Source of the DNA: the human T2T-CHM13v2.0 reference genome, Homo sapiens
Length of the DNA stretch: 64,000 bases
Reading direction: 5' to 3' (one strand)
NCBI RefSeq assembly: GCF_009914755.1
Contig: NC_060930.1
The notes under the pieces were generated by a model, which worked only from the letters and a program-made list of their open reading frames with translations, did no database searches and was not told the origin of the DNA. This document shows positions 28,497-48,526 of the stretch, piece after piece (the stretch's first letter is position 1; each line of letters begins with the position of its first letter). Both the position numbers and the translations under genes were made by a program.

Positions 28497-29620
28497 TGTA
28501 TTTGTTTTCTATCAGTGATAACTTACTACAAATGCAGCAGCTTAAACCAACACCCATTTATCAGACCACAGTTCTATGAGGCGGGTCTGGGGCCAGCATG
28601 ACTGACTCCTTTGCTCAGTCTCACAGGTTAAAATGAAGGTGTTAGTTGAGCTGCATCCTCATCTGGAGGCTGGCATCTCTTTCAAGCTCACGTGGTTGTG
28701 GCAGAGTCCAGTTCCTTGTGTTTAGAGTTGAGGCCCCTGTTTCCTTGCTCACTGTCATCTATGGTTGTTTTCAGCCCCTAGATCTGACTCAACGCATGGA
28801 GCTGGAGGCCACGAGGGGTATTGTAATAGGGCCTGTGGTAGGCAGAATAACAGCCCCTCAAAAACATCCACGTTTCAATTCCCAGAACCTGGAAATATGT
28901 TACTTTATATGGCAAAAGGGACTCTGCATGCATGATCGCATTAAGGATCTTGTAATGGGGAGATTATCCTGGATTATCTGTATGGGCCCAATGTGATCAC
29001 AAAGGTCCTTATAAGAGGGAGATGAGAGGCCGGGCGCAGTGACTCACACCTGTAATCTCAGCACTTAGGGAGGCTGAGGAGGGTAGATCACGAGATCAGG
29101 AGTTCGAGACCAGCCTGGTCAAGATGATGAAACCCTGTCTCTACTAAAAATACAAAATGTAGCCGGGTGTAGTGGTGGGTGCCTGTAATCCCAGCCACTC
29201 AGGGGGCTGAGGCAGGAGAATGGCTTGAACCCAGGAGGTGGAGGTTGCAGTGAGCCAAGATTGCGCCCCTGCACTCTAGCCTGGGCAACAGGGCAAGACT
29301 CAATCTCAAAAAAAAAAAAAAAAAAAGAGGGAGACAGGAGTCAGAGTCAGAGAGATTTGAAGATGCTGCGATGCAAGCTTTGAAGATGGAAGAAGGGGCC
29401 ACAAACCAAGGAGTGCTGGAAGCCTCTAGCGGTGGAAAAGGTGAGTAAACAGATTCTTCTCTAGAGCCTCCAGAAGGACCACAGACCAGCTGACACCTTG
29501 ACTTTAGCCCAGTAAAACCTATTTTAAACTTCCGATCTCCAGAACTGCAAGATAATATATCTGTGCTATCTTCAGCCTGAATTTGTGGTAATTTGTCATG
29601 CAGCAATAAGAAACTAATAC
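28497..29620. mobile_element. MLT1 (MaLR) LTR fragments with Alu insertion 29028-29326
   Basis: MLT1 motifs (gggagattatcctggattatc, gacaccttgactttagcccag, gtggtaatttgt..cagcaa..gaaactaataca). Confidence 0.7.
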
Positions 29621-31475
29621 AGGGCCTGAGGAAAATCTGTGTCCCCTTGCCAAGGGAGTGCTGTGAGGGCGTCACTATAGGGTCTTCAGGCAAGAGAAAG
29701 TGACTTCCTCACAGAGGGGAGGAGGGGCTACTTCTGCTGGCAAGGAAAGCTCTGCGGGATTTGGAGGTTCAAAGTTTTTCAGACTCATCAAAATCTACCC
29801 AGGTGTCTCCACTCCAATTCTGGGCTTCCGTTAACAAATATTCCAAATGTCACACACGAGACTGGCAAAGATATAAATGCAAGTTGAATATAATTCTCCA
29901 ATCTGCAGAATCAAACTGTGGGTCTGGTTTTTTCATACATAGTCCCTGTGGCTTTGAGAGATAAGCATGTCTTTTAGAATATTCAGAGAAAGCTCTGTGT
30001 TCGCTGGCAATGCCTTGACTGAGGATGCAGCAGAGGGGTCATTTTTTTTCTGTAATCTCCCAGTGCAGCCACCCACAGTCCCGGCAGTCAACACTCCCAG
30101 CTTCACGATCTGTCACAGCGACCACCTGGGCTCCCGGCCCTTCCCTTCAACAATTGCTTTATTCCAGGCACCACCACAGGTGATAACTTAAGTCACTTTT
30201 TCTATCTTTTGCTGTGTAATACAAAGACTTCATTTTATACTAGCATGAGGTCGCCCCTGCCCTCAAGCCTAATGGGTCAGGGAACCAATCCCAGATTGCC
30301 ACCTTTGAACGTCAATTTTCTGAAACCTCTTGTTATACCAAATACTGTAACAGTCAGAGTTCACTTATGAAAACAGAAACCACTTTGGATATTTCAAGCA
30401 TAAAAGGATTTAGTACAAGAAGTAGGTGCTTATAAAACCGCTCGAAAAGGTGGAGGAGTGAAAGTCAGGATGACAGCCAATAGCTTTCAGGTTCACTGCC
30501 ACCGAGAGCAGAGATCTGCGGTCACCGGAGGCAGGGACGTGCAGGCAACTGCTGAGGCTCCTCCACTCCTCCACAGCCCCACAGTGTGCCAGAGGCAGGG
30601 AAATGCGGAGGCCACCGCAAAATCCTCCCCCAGGAAGCCATGCACGCATGCAGCCATTACTGCCACAGAACTGAGTCTCATGAGAGTTTGTTTCACTGGA
30701 GGAAGGTAAAATGTGCCTGGAGCCTCCTGGCAAGGGAGCCTGGAAAAGGTAGTTCCCAGGATCGGGGTCCCTGCCATCCAGGGGAGAGAGTGGAAACACG
30801 TTAAATGTGCTAAGTGCACATTAAGCTTGGCAGTCTGGAGGGCTGCAGTGGAACTGGAGATCGGAGATGAAAACTAGGAAGAGAAAGCAGACGACCTGTC
30901 TAGATGTCTGAAAGCGATCTGAATTAGGACATGCTAAAATTAAAGGACAGGGCAGAGAGAATCTGGAGTTCAGGCAATTCCTAAATAGGACTCCACCTTT
31001 CTTTTCTTTTTTTTTTTTCCCTAGGTTAGACTAATACAATTCCAAAATTACTCTGTGTCTTTGTGATTTTTCTGTTTGTATGCAACTGTTTGCATCCTAA
31101 CATTTCTAATACTGAGGTAAATTAATCTGTCATTCTCTAAACAAGACAGAAGTTCTAAGCTCTTAGCCTCTGCATCCTGTCCCTTCACGGTTGTCAGCAC
31201 TGACCCTCCAAACATGTATCAAAATACGATCTCTTTCAGTCAGCTTTGCCTGGAGAACCTGCTTCTAACTTACTCATTCTAATGGAATGTCCCTTCTGAT
31301 AAATATTGCGTCTGTTTTATTTTAAACTTAACCTGGCTGAACCTTTGCTGCTTCTGTGGAAGCTCCAGAATTTCTCTGGGGGAGGGGTTTAGGTACATGC
31401 AATATTTTCAAGGGGGCAGCTGGGACCAATGTTTGTAATTGATGCCTTCTTTTTATAGTGATTAAGAACATGGCA

Positions 31476-31990
<515 letters not shown>

Positions 31991-32262
31991 TAGGTATCAT
32001 TAGATTGTTCATTTGTGGATATCTTACAAAGGAGGGAAGGAAATACTTTTTAGGGGTCTTTTATAAAAGCTGTATTTGTATAGCAACCATATTGTTTCAA
32101 ATTAGGTTTTATGTATATTCAGGTGGCTTTGAAGGGGCCAGATGGAGATTGGAGGAGGTAGGGCAAATCCCTTTTTAGCCCCTCCAAGTGCTGCTGTCCT
32201 TTCCCAAAAATGTTGTATCAGGGCCATTTAAACATTTTTGTAGATATAAGTAATTAGGATCA

Positions 32263-33035
<773 letters not shown>

Positions 33036-33387
33036 TCATGACCTGCGAATGAAGGAACTGGAAGCCAATTACCCCGTTCCCATCTTTGTTTTCTGCCGCT
33101 CCTTCAGTTGTCTTTGGGCTCTCTCTGTTGGCCTCAGCCAGAGTTGAAGCAAGCTTGGACTGTAAGCTCTCAGTCCCCAGGCAAACTGACAGTGTCCAAA
33201 GTGTAGGTACTTCCTTGATCATCTGGCTTGTCTGGCACACAGCACTGATGAGAAGACCTAGCTGAAGCTCCCCGGTGGAAAAGCTTCTATAAATTCTTCA
33301 AAAACAAAAGGGGAGCGCCTCTATCAAGGAGGATTAGAAGCAGGAGCATTCCTCTTTCCAGTGCCATCACTCTCCTTAGGTCCCCTG

Positions 33388-33761
33388 CAGCGTGTGTGCT
33401 GGTAAATGTTTAACAACTCACTTCTCGTGGCGCAAATGCACCCGCCAGAGCTGACTGCGTGTGACCAGCGTGAATCACTGTGTATAGAATGGGAAGCGAT
33501 GGGCGGCACACCATTCCATACCATTCCCACCAGGCAGATGTGATAGGCGTACGTAACTCCGTGCGCAGAGATAATAGTAAAATGTGGTAAAGCAATTAGA
33601 AAGTAATGAGTTTGGAACATTTTTACCTTTGTTTTAAATATAATTTAGTTCACTGTAAGTTAATACACGTTAATTTTTAATGATGGCTGTGTTGCCAAAA
33701 ATCCTGAAAATTCAGCAATGAGCTCTAGCACACAGGCATGCACTGACCCAGTACACCATTG
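33388..33761. mobile_element. hAT element (MER63-like)
   Basis: Ends cagcgtgtgtgctggtaaatgtttaacaac / ccagtacaccattg; same TIR family as 22623-22821. Confidence 0.6.
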
Positions 33762-34194
33762 GTTCCATCTCCTCAACAGCTCACACCACCACCCCCAACT
33801 CTCCCACCCCCAGCTCCCACGCTGCGGAGACCCCAGAGTCTATTTCCCTCCCCCGGGTCTCTCTTCCCCACCTCATTCAAGGTATGCTTTGCAGGCTTAC
33901 TAATTATTCAGCAATGCCCAGAGGTCCAGTCTCCAGTGCCTATTCACAGGGATCTCACTTCCTGTGCCCTACCTGCTAAGCTCTGTTTGCAGGGGCTTCC
34001 TTCTCACACACCTGCTCCTGCCCAGCTATACTGGGTTCTCAGGACTTCTTGTCCAGGAAAGGAGGCCTCCAACTAGAGCAGGTTTTCTGCCCCATCCCTG
34101 CCTCAGAGGGTGGAGCCCCTCCACTTTGACAGCCTTGATCCCCTTGAACTATTCCACTTCCCACTCCTCCCCAGGCCCTTCCTAATGGGACTAA

Positions 34195-34648
<454 letters not shown>

Positions 34649-35878
34649 TAAAGGCCTTCTTTGAAAGAGAAAAAGAAGAGGTGGCATTCTGTGAAGGAAC
34701 ATCAAGGACCAGACATCCAGCTTCCCCTGTAGCCCAGGTCCCCCTAGCGGTGCTTCTCTTCAGATTGAGGACCTATTCTTTGGAGTTCCGAATTCCTAGT
34801 AGTCCAGCCCTCAGATCTCCACCTTGAGACTCCACCCTCAAGATTCTCATTTTCTGCCTTTCCCTTCTAAGGCTTAATCCCATCGGGACTAAGGGAGGAG
34901 CCTTCCCTTCCAGCCTCACACAGGCAGACTATCTCAAAAGAAAGAGAAAGCAATTTTCCCTTGCATGCTGGCTGTTTCACTTCCTTCTACTTTTAGGAAA
35001 TGGTGAGTGATTTTGTTTAAAAGAGAATAATCTTGGAGTTTGAGTAGAGTTTGGGGAAAATGTTGACAACTTCTGGGACACACACTCTGTCCTTGTTGCC
35101 CCCATTCTCTTCAAGGCAGGAGGGATGATTATTTTGCTTCTTTCTCTCCAATGCAACCCAGCATCTGTCCTCCGTTCTGTTCTCAGTGGCAACTCTTCTG
35201 CCCAGAAGATGGACCTATTTACTCTATAACACATCATTCCCAGATATAGGCGCATTAGAGTTGGAAGAGAACTTGAATTAGTGTCTGACCACCTGTAATA
35301 GGCAGGGATCTATTTCCAGCGTCTGTGACAGCAGTCATCTAGCCTCTAATTAAACACTTCATGAGACATTGCTGTTCCACACTCACGCAGATTTAATTCT
35401 CTCTAGAATCTGCCCCAGCATGGCTTTGACTCTTGTGTTTTATGCCCCAGACCAACACAAAACCAGTCTATTCCCTCTCCACAGGCCAGCTTTTCATCTC
35501 AACTTCTCACTTAGTTTCTCTCTTGGCTCTGACCCTAACCTAAGGCATCGACACACAGTTTTGGGATTCTTCCCTCAAATCTAAATTGGCAATCCTTATG
35601 TTAGTCCAGACAACACCAAGGCAAGAACATATGTGGAGGGTGAAGGGCAGCACCTACATCCAGGGAGAGAACAGGGCCATCGATGAGGAGAGGGTCTATA
35701 GGGATCTGGGAGGTCAAGGGCTTGGTTGTTAATGGGATGGAAAATCAGAACAGGGTAGAAAATAGGCATGACAGGGAAAGAAGCTCAGTCTCACCTTAAC
35801 TCTAACTGATCCAACAAGAAAGCTGAGCCACTTTCCTGAATCCCAGAAGATCTTATTTCTTCAAGCTGACATGACTGA

Positions 35879-36237
<359 letters not shown>

Positions 36238-36494
36238 CCCAAACTTTTGTGTTCAGAAGAATTACCCGATGTAGTAAAAATGCACATCATGGTCCCCTCC
36301 CAAACCGATTCCCCTTGATTATCTGCCCCCTAGAGGAAGGGCACAATACTGTTTGGAGAGGAGCTTGATGGGCCTTCAACTTTTCTCTTACGTTCTTTAG
36401 TCGGAGAGTATCATGAATAGTTAAAAGAATAACACCATCCCCTGTAAACCCTGGTCTTGTAACTCCCCCATACCTGGGATATGGAATAATGCAT

Positions 36495-36755
36495 GGGTTA
36501 AGGGCTTTAGGGGCTAGCTCTGGGGTCAGACTGCCTTGATTTAAATCGTTGTTCCACTACCTACTAACTGTCTGACCTGGAACTAGCTGCTTAACTTCTT
36601 TAAACCTCAATTTACCTATCTATAAAATGGGGGTAATATTAGTTTCTATCTCAAGGAGGTATTGTAAGGATTTTAGTACTAATTTATATGTGGCACTTAG
36701 CACAGTGCCTGGAATATAGTGAGCATTCTTAAATGACAGCCACTATTATTATCAC
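36495..36755 (+). mobile_element. MIR
   Basis: MIR core (cctcaatttacctatctataaaatggggg...cacttagcacagtgcctgg). Confidence 0.85.
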
Positions 36756-36798
36756 TAGTATTACTCATAGTAGCGGTAGCGGTGAACAAAACCAAATT

Positions 36799-37050
36799 TC
36801 CAGTGGAGCCAACCAGCCACCCTTTCTTAACCAGCTGTAACTTCCAGTGAAATCACCACGATCATCCCCCCAGATTAACCCCACCTTCCAGTGGAATCAC
36901 TGTGACCACCCCTCCAGGATCAACCACATTATCCAGCAGAATCACCGTGACCACGCCCCCTGGACCAACCACACCTCCCAGTGGAATCACTACAACCCCC
37001 CTGCCCTGGGTCCACTATATCTTCCAGTGGAACTAACACAACAACTGCAA
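36799..37050 (+). repeat. Degenerate 45-bp (15-codon) PTS tandem repeat, unit lengths 44,44,45,45,46 plus a partial unit
   Basis: Recurrent (t/c)ccag(t/c)(g/a)(g/a)a motif starting at 36799, 36843, 36887, 36932, 36977, 37023; encodes SSGITVTTPPGSTTL-like units. Confidence 0.85.
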
Positions 37051-38646
37051 CCTCCAGTGTCACCAGCACAAGTGCAGCCCCTCCAGGGAATGAGGGAAGG
37101 TCTAATGGATGCCTGAGGCTGTGGGAAGTCATCCTAGTCACTCTGGCCTTGGTTGCAATGGCTGTGATTCTCTTCACAGGGCTCTTTTATTTCATGAGTG
37201 CCTGATGTGTGGGAAATCCTTTTTCTGAGGGAGGGAGTGCAGGGAACTGAGGAGGGAAGCAGGGTAGAGAGAGTAGGGTCATTGTGTGGCTAATAGGGAA
37301 TGAGAAATCAGGAGAGGGACAAAGCAAGACAGAGACAGCAGGTGAGAACCAGCAAGAGAGAGGGCTAGAAAAGCTGGTACATGTTCAGAGGAAATTGATG
37401 AGGAGAGAAGGGGCCAAAGGAGTACTGAGGCTGGGGAGGCCGAATGGGGAGTGGGGACACGTGGGATGGGAGAGCACTGGAAGAGGGGCATAACTCTGAA
37501 CGATCCATCCTTTTGTTTTCTAGAGAAACTCTCTGTGCCTAAGAAACCTCTTCACCAAAGATCTTCACATCCCAAACCTTGGTCCATGTCCTCAAGGATA
37601 TCATGGAGTCCAAGATGGGTCAAGTGAGACTGAAACGGATTTTAGAGACCAGTGTTCTCCCACAGGCATGGAGCTGATGAGGAGACACAGTATCCCTAAA
37701 GGCAGGCACTTCACTGTCCTCAGGGTGGGGAGGACCAGCGGTCTCGGTTTTCCTCACTTGCCCCCAGGGCTGCTCCTCCCAGCTCTGCTCCAGCCCCTGA
37801 CACTCCTACCTTCTGTTTAGTTCTCCCAGACCTGAAACAGGAGGCTATCGCTAGTGCTGAATGATTAAATAAGTGCATCTGCTCTATGTGACAGCCAGAC
37901 TGTGGGTGTGTGCTTGTATATTGCTGTGAAGAGAGGTTTCCTATATCATGAGGACACTCTTTCGCTGTGTACTCCCAGTTCTCAAATCCTAGCATGAAAT
38001 CCAGAGACCTCACATCTGTCCCATTTTCTTCCCCACTCCTTCCCTGCTCCCCGAGGCCTCTGGGTCGATGGAAGAATGGAGTCAGGAGAGATGGGGGAAG
38101 GCAGGTGCTGGTCTTTACAGACGTGTGTTGCATGGCAGGAAAACAGCCTCTGCGTGAGCCTAGAACATGAACTGGAGGAAAGTGATCCTGTTTTCATGTT
38201 GTGAGGTAGGAAAGAGCTTGCTACTGGGGCCACCCTTAGACATGGCCACTTTTCCTGGCCACTCACGTCTGCTCTGGGCTGCAGGTGTGAGTTGCCACCT
38301 TTCTCTCCTGTGGGCTCCCAGCCCAGCAACTGTCCTGGGCAGGGAGAATGTGCTCCCAGTTTTTGCAAGGGCAGGACTGGCTTGCCCTGCTACGGTCTAG
38401 ATCCTCAGCAGCTCCCCCAAAACCAGGCCTCAGAGGGCACACATGCCAGTGTCAGCACCATGCTCAGGCCTGGTCCCACCCAGGCTTCTGGTGCAACTTG
38501 CTCTCGCACACGCACCCCACTGATTCTTCCTCCCTGTGAATCACTCGCCTCTGCTTTATCAGTTTCACCCTCTGCTAAGTCTCTTCAGCTTCTGGGATTC
38601 TCCTGGGTCTTTGGGAGAGCCTTAACAGGACCAAGCTGTTTCTCTA

Positions 38647-44665
<6,019 letters not shown>

Positions 44666-45001
44666 ATATTTAATACATTCAAATAATACTAGTAGTTAAC
44701 ATAGTCAGTTACATGTGGTAAACTAGCCATTCATTAAATTGATTTTCAGGAAATCAGCTGCCTTCTAAGAGAGGAACAATTCCCGGCCCACCTGCAATTT
44801 CACACTCCTCTTTTAGTTAGAAGGACACTGGGAAAGAGAGAGGCCCCACAAATGGTGAGAGACATCTCTGAATGAAGATGGGAACCAACAATGATCTTCT
44901 AAAGAGTGGGCAAGGCAGGGATAAGGGTCAGAGAAGGAGGAAAAGATGTGGGTATTCTCATTCAGGCCTGACCTCACCACAAGTGGACTAATTTTGTGCA
45001 G

Positions 45002-45342
45002 TGATATGGCTTGGCTCTGTCCCCACAGAAATCTCAACTTGAATTGTAGCTCCCACAATTCCCCTCATGCTGTGGGGAGTTTTTCTCTTTTCGCCAATCA
45101 TCTTTCTCTTGCTATTCTCATGACTGTGAATAAGTCTCATGAGATTTGATGGGTTTATCAGGGGTTTCCGCTTTTGCTTCTTTCTCATTTTCTCTTGCCG
45201 CCACTGTGTAAGAAGTGCCTTTTGTCTCCCTCCGTGATTCTGAGGCCTCCCCAGCCATGTGGAACTGTAAGTCCAATTAAACCTCTTTTTCTTCCCAGTC
45301 TTGGGTATGTCTTTATCAGCAGCGTGAAAACAGACTAATACA
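45002..45342 (+). mobile_element. THE1-type MaLR solo LTR
   Basis: tgatatggcttggctctgt...cagactaataca; 5-bp TSD TGCAG (44997-45001/45343-45347). Confidence 0.88.
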
Positions 45343-45944
45343 TGCAGTAATTGAGAAAGCTCACTGGGGTGAGGGCACTCGAGCAGGGGGAGCAAGGAGA
45401 GAGATCCGTGGGCTGGAGAGAAGCCAAGGAAGAGGATTTGGGTGGATGATTGAGCAAAGAGCGAGGTTTTAAGAGACAGAGAGATTGGGTGTTTTAGCCC
45501 CCTCGTGAGTGTTCCTCTCCTTCTGTTGGAGGACCTTCTCTTGGTCCTTACCAAATGTCCTCTACCCTCTGACACCCAGCTCTCCTCTTGCCAAGCATCA
45601 TCCCCCAGGCAGGCCTGGCCTATGCCCTCCTTGGTCATCCTGACTTTACTGTGGCCACCTGTGGGAAGGAAGGCCGAGGCCCTCCCTGAGCACTGAAACA
45701 CCGGGTGGAGGATGGTTTTCAACTAGGCTCCACATCAGAAAGCAGTGCACTCACGCTGACAGGCTTGATCCCCTGTGGCTGCTCGACTCTGGGCTCTGGT
45801 CCAAAGCTGAGAGCCCCCCTTCCCCTCATGACAGCCTCTTCTGCCCTGCCCGGCCACTCCTTTGAGTGACAGGGGGTAATTGAGAAGCTGCTCCTCCCTC
45901 CAGGAAGGAAGACCCGGAGCTCTGGCTTCCCTCGGCAAAGCACA

Positions 45945-45950
45945 TATAAA
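45945..45950 (+). promoter_or_regulatory. TATA box of HCG22
   Basis: cacaTATAAAccc about 115 bp upstream of the ATG at 46065. Confidence 0.65.
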
Positions 45951-46064
45951 CCCACAGCCACTGCGGGTGGAAGGAGAAGGGCAGGGTGGAAAAAGTTTGA
46001 GAGAAGGAGGGAGGAAAAGGTGTCCTGGCTAGCACCATGTGGATTCTCTTGAGATGAGAAGAAA

Positions 46065-46251
46065 ATGCCCCGCTACGTCCCCCTTCTGCTGCTCCTGCTT
46101 CTCCTGAGGTGTTCAGAACGGGGTGGAGGAGTTAATTTTGGTGAGAAGGATGCAAAAGTCCCCGGGACCTGGAGAGATGGAGTCAGGGTCCCTGGAGAAG
46201 GAGCCTCTTGGGACTCAGACAGGGCCAGTCCCGAGCGAAGGTACGGAATAG
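46065..46251 (+). CDS. HCG22: HCG22/PBMUCL2 first coding exon with signal peptide (MPRYVPLLLLLLLLRCSERG...)
   Basis: Poly-Leu signal peptide; donor ATA G|gtgagt at 46251/46252 (phase 1); matches recalled PBMUCL2 N-terminus. Confidence 0.9.
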
Positions 46252-46419
46252 GTGAGTGAACCTTGGGAACTCCGGACCCTGTTATCTACCCTCAATCACC
46301 TGCCACAGGGAAGCAGGGACCCCAGCGTCTTTCTCATATCCCCTTTTAAGGAAATGCTCTGCTTTTGATTTTGTGCATTTTATTTAAGTTTCTTTGTTTC
46401 AACTTTCCTGGAGAAATGA

Positions 46420-47152
<733 letters not shown>

Positions 47153-47953
47153 TCAAAATTTATGCCATGTAAGCTACATGTATTCCTAAGAATAAGAATA
47201 CTCCCAAGTCCTGACGGCTGCCTGGGGCAGTGAGGGCTGGAGACGAAGAGGACTCATCTCTTCTTTGTACTTATACCTGACTCAGTGTTGCCCTCAGTCC
47301 AACTAGATCACACCCACACCCCTCATGACTCCTCCCCTAAGCCTGCCCCCATACCACCTTGAATCTTCCCTGCCTCCAAGCCTACCACGTTAGCCCCAGA
47401 TCTGACCCAGAAGCTGTCTCATGCTTTTTTTTTCCTTTTTTGAGATGGAGCACCTGGCCAGCTGTCTCATTTTAAATCATATACCAAGCATGACCTGAGT
47501 GTAATCTCTAACATGAATCACAGCTTCTGCCTCATTGGTTTGCCAGAACCGCAGGCACAAATGGATGAGAGGAGACACCTATGAACATGGAGCCAGAATA
47601 CCCCAATTGCTGAAACACCAGTTCAGAGAGGAGTGAGCTTGAGAAAGAGTCAGGTTTAGTGTCCCACGGAAAGAGACCAGACCTGGAAAAGACAGAGTCA
47701 AAGCTGGGTGAGCAGGCCTTCGAAGGGCGTGGCTCAGCAAAGATAATCCATATTGTAGTGCAAGAGGATTCTTTGTGGAATATGTTTTACCAGAATTAAA
47801 CCAAAAATGCCAAATGATCCCTAACTGGAATAAATCTCACCACATTACCTGGGGAGAGGTGTCATTTGGATGTGAGGATAGTTATGAAAATACTGAGCAG
47901 AGCAGATGAGGATAGGCCATCAACAATTCACATTAAATGAGATTACTTTTTAG

Positions 47954-48526
47954 TAGGACTAAGCCAAAGCATTTCCACTAAGCACCCAGAGACCAGCCCT
48001 AAAGACTCAAGAATAAGAGAAAATGATGTAACTGCAGATGGAAGGACCACTGAGGACCACATCACTGCAGACCCAGGGACCACCGAGGACTCTGTCACTG
48101 CAGACCCAGGGACCACTGAGGACAATGTGACTGTGGACCCAGGGACCACCGAGGGCTCTGTCACTGCAGACCCAGCGACCACCAAGGACTATGTGTCTGC
48201 AGACCCAGGGACCACCAAGGATTCTGTCACTGCAGACCCAGGGACCACTCACTGAGAACTTTGTCACTGCAGACCCAGGGACCACCAAGGACTCCATCAC
48301 TGCAGACCCAAGGACCACAGAGGACTCCGTCACTGCAGACCCAGGGACCACCAAACACTCCATCACTGTAGACCCAGGGACCACTGAGGACTCTGTCACT
48401 GCAGACCCAGGGACCACCAAACACTCCATCACTGCAGACCCAGGGACCACCGAGGACTCCGTCACTGCAGACCCAGGGACCACAGAAGATGAAACCACTA
48501 AACATGGTGACACTCACCTTCTGTGA
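47954..48526 (+). CDS. HCG22: HCG22/PBMUCL2 mucin-repeat exon, frameshifted allele: CACT duplication gives stop at 48253-48255 (162 aa); without it the stop is 48524-48526 (251 aa)
   Basis: Acceptor ctttttag|TA GGA CTA AGC gives VGLSQSISTKHPET; 11-aa VTADPGTTEDS repeats; GGG ACC ACT CAC TGA at 48241-48255; exon continues to donor GTG|gtgagt at 48646. Confidence 0.88.
48028..48493 (+). repeat. HCG22 coding VNTR, 14 x 33 bp (GTCACTGCAGACCCAGGGACCACCGAGGACTCT)
   Basis: 14 units counted; 14x33+4=466 bp matches the span. Confidence 0.93.

Noticed and set aside
36401-36490. Strong acceptor (ttctcttacgttctttag|TC GGA) as the definite start of the relic's mucin exon
   Set aside because: In-frame TAG after six codons, and an ancient MIR lies between it and the repeats; left unresolved.
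48028-48493. Regular repeat arrays (also 14490-19020 and the LTR12 repeats) as CRISPR-like
   Set aside because: Contiguous tandem units without unique spacers, no cas genes, human context.
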